NCBI GenBank assembly: GCA_038087875.1
Contig: CM075994.1
Span: forward strand, 10,914,001-10,978,000
Direction: 5' to 3'
Source of the DNA: Malacoraja senta
Taxonomy: Eukaryota
DNA length: 64,000 nucleotides
The position numbers and the translations under genes were made by a program. Positions 60,561-64,000 of the stretch are shown here, piece by piece (positions within the stretch are counted from its first letter, which is position 1; each line of letters opens with the position of its first letter). The notes beneath the pieces were generated by a model. It was not told where the DNA came from and ran no database searches. It saw nothing but the letters and a program-made list of their open reading frames with translations.

Positions 60561-62025
60561 CACTCCATCTACGTTGCCGCGGGATAACAGCCAACAAAAT
60601 CTAGGACCTTTTCCACCCTGGTCATTCCCTCTTCTCCCTGCTCCTATCAGGCGGAAGATACAGAAGCTTGAAAGTCCATAAAGCGAGACTCGGGAACAGC
60701 TCCTTCCCTTGTCATATTTACCGTACTTCTGGAAGATCCTGTCTTAAGCCAGAATACAGTCCCAATTCTCCAACTTAACTCATGGCGGACATTGGACTTT
60801 TTCTATGGAACTGTTATGCTCCATTGCTGGGAACTATATTCTGCACTCTGGTATTTTCTCTTTGATCTTACTATTGTACCTGTTTGATTGTATTCATGTA
60901 TAGTATTACATTGTTTGCATGGAACACAAACACAAGATTTTCACTGCATCTCAGTACACATAACAATAATGAACCACGACCAAATTCCAATTCTGTTTAT
61001 CCTTGTGATATAGGTGAAGGCTATTCCAGCCCACTGTCTACGCCAGCATAGAGAGCGACCTTAATTCCCAATAATTTTCCCTGTAATCTATTCCTTCCAC
61101 TTTCCCATCAACTTTACCCACATTCAGTCGCTCACCTGTATGCTCGGGGCAATTTACTGTGTCCTCTTAAACTACCAAACAGAACACAATCACCCTTGGT
61201 ATTGGTTTTGTATTCCCAAGGGTACTAAGATACAGTGAAAAAATTTGCTCAGCCCCCTATCCAAGCAAGTCATACCATTTATGAGTACAATCATACCATA
61301 GACATGTATACCAGGTGTGCAAAGAGAAAAATAAACAGTGTTGAATCTAGTGCTGCAGTTAGAGAGAAAGTGCAGATTTTATAAAAATGTAAACGTTGCA
61401 AGAAGATGGATTGGGTGATCGGGACCACACCAATAGCTTATAAGAGTCTGTTAAATAGTCTGATAACAGCAGGAGAGAAGCTATTCCTGAAAGTCATACA
61501 CACTTTCAAGATTTTGGATCTTCTGACTGATGGAACAGGTGAGAAGAGAGAATGACTGGGGAGGAAGTAGTCCTAGATTATGTTGGCTGCTTTCCTGAGG
61601 AAGTGTGGTATCGATGGAGTCGATGAGGGGGAGGCTGGTTTTTATGATAGACTAGGCTACATCACAACTTTCTGCAATTTCTTGCAGTTTTCGGCAGAGC
61701 AGTTGCCAAACCAAGCTGTGATGCATTCTAATACGATGCTTTCTAGGATGCATCTGTAGAAATTGGTTAGAGTCTTTGGAAACATGCTGGATTGCCTGTT
61801 TTATGGGACATGGAAAAAATACGAGCAAATGGGTATAATCCACACAAGGAGAACGCCACATGGACAAACCAGGTTGAAACGAGATCGCTGGAGCTGTGAG
61901 GCTGCTCTACCAGCTGAGTCAAACTATAATTGGGGTTGATCTTCCAGATCATTGATAACAGACTTTTAAAATGTTGTCTTTTTCAGGAGAGCAAAGTGAT
62001 TTTTTTTCAAATATCTCTGTTCCAG

Positions 62026-62121
62026 GGAATGGTACGGAAAGAAATAGAGTCCCTCAATGAACAAATGGTTGATATCTGTAAACGTGTGGATGAAGAAGAG
62101 GAAGATGTAAATAAACTGAAG
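62026..62121 (+). CDS. TRIM-B exon 2 (96-bp coiled coil); gene presumably continues beyond the window
   Basis: CTCTGTTCCAG|GGA...AAG|GTAAGA. Translates GMVRKEIESLNEQMVDICKRVDEEEEDVNKLK, phase 0-0. Confidence 0.82.
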
Positions 62122-64000
62122 GTAAGAAGAGCCGTTTAAAGGTCCCACACCAAAGCAAAGTTGAGATGGGAAACCAAACAGTTAATGTAAAAACTAGTGT
62201 TACGGTCCAATGTCATGTATGTGGGATATTGACACAATCTAGCACCAGGTCAATATTTATTTTTTGTGCCTTTCACTCCATTATATATTTGATCTGTTGT
62301 AATATTTTGTTTCGTCCGATTCCATGCCAAAAATTACAATGATCATTTGCTCAAGGTTCCAGCATCCTTAGTTTCTTGTGCCTTCATTGAAAGGCCCGAT
62401 GTTTTCTCCAACCACACAACATGAGAAGTGTAGGGAAGGGAGCAGGAGTCAGACAAGTGCTCCATCAAAACACAAAGTGCTGGAGTAATGCAGTGGGTCA
62501 GGCAACATCTCTGGAGGGAATGGATAAGCAATGTTTTGGGCTGTTTGTCCATTCCTTTCACAGATGCTCCTGAACAGATCAGTTCATAGAGTCATATAGC
62601 GTGGAAACAGGCACTTCGGCCCAACTTGCCCACATGGACCAACATGTCTCATCTACACTAGTCCCACCAGCCTGTGTTTGGACCATATCCTTCTATTTGA
62701 TCCATGTACCTGTTTAAATGTTTCTTAAACGTTACGATGGTGCCTGCCTTAGCTACCTCCACAGGCAACTCGTTCCATACACCTACCACCCGTTGTGTAA
62801 AAAAGTTACCCCTCCGGTTCCTATTAAATCTTTCCCCTCTGCCTGTATGTTCTTGTCCATATCTTTGCTATAAATGACAAACAGCAATGGGTCCAGCACC
62901 GAACCCCAAGGCACACCACTAGTCACAGGCGTCCAGTCCAAAAAGCAACCTTCCACCATCACCCTCTCCTTCCTTCCATGAAACCAATTCTCTATCCATT
63001 CAGCTTTCTCTCCTTGAATCCCATTCAATGTATATTTCCTACAGCACTTTGTATTTGGCTCAAGATTCCAGCATCTGCATTTCCTTGTGTCTCCATGAGC
63101 TCCATCCAGCCTGCCCGCCTTTCGAGTCATAACTTTTGACCTCACTATTACATCAAACCATCTGTGACATCTCTCCAGTCTGAAGTGTTCCAGAGACTCA
63201 CAAATGTTTGAGCAAACAAAAATCATTTTCTTTCCCTTGGAGATAAAAGGAACTGCAGATACTGGAATCTTGAACAAAACACAAAGTGCTGGAGGAGCTC
63301 AGGGAATCAGGCAGCATCAGTGGAGGAAACGGATAGGCGACTTTTCGGATTAGGACATTTCTTCGGGCTCATTACTCAGATTTCATTCTTCATTCCCTTC
63401 AGTTGGTAAAGCCATTGGCCAAATCTATACCTCCTGTTCTAGATTGTCCCAATCCGAGGAAGTATCCTGTCAACAAGATAGACACAAAATGCTGGAGTAA
63501 CACAGTGGGACAGGCAGCCTCCCTAGATAGAAGGAATGAGGGACGTTTCGGGTTGAGACCCTTCTTCAGACTGAATTCAGAGAGGGAGATACAGAGATAA
63601 GGAAATGTATCTTTGGTTTAAACCAGCATCTGCATTTCCTTCCTACAACATAACATGTCAACTACTCCACTCAGAATCTTATTCACTTCCCATATAATAC
63701 AACTCCTTTTAATGATGAGTCAAGTTAATGAACCTTTTCAACACTGCCTTCTGTAAACAAGGAGACTGAATCTGCACCACAGTGTCAAATCATCACCATC
63801 CTAGAACATGGGACATAGGAATAAGCCCTTTGGCCCACAATATCTGCCAAATATAATGACAGGATCAACTCTTATCTGCCTGCACATTATCCATATCCCA
63901 CCATTCACTTGCCTACCCAACAGCCTCTTAAATGCCACTAACGTATCTGCCTCAACCACCCCCACTTACAACAGCACATTCCAAGCACTCACCACCCTTT

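Overview
This is eukaryotic, repeat-dense vertebrate DNA. The HE1/V-SINE-like, CR1 and Penelope repeat mix suggests a cartilaginous fish such as a skate or ray (inference). The host scaffold is two tandem + strand TRIM genes of the RING-B-box-coiled-coil-PRY/SPRY type. TRIM-A (exons at 25587, 32288, 42914 and 44863; its RING exon is not in the window) has a frameshift and an in-frame stop and looks like a pseudogene. TRIM-B (exons at 55069 and 62026, presumably continuing beyond the window) has a Cys-to-Ser change at a RING zinc ligand. Introns and spacers hold many nested mobile elements: three DIRS1-type tyrosine-recombinase retrotransposons with readable ITR/ICR termini, a near full-length L1 split by an antisense L1, a Penelope element with a pseudo-LTR, a 12-bp TSD and a hammerhead-like motif, and a Helitron split by a Rex1/Babar LINE that itself carries an L2 fragment. 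CR1 pieces, SINEs, hAT and Harbinger-like MITEs and minisatellites are also present. I see no prokaryotic system or CRISPR array. Coordinates were read by eye and may be off by a few bases. Family names come from motif recognition, not database searches.
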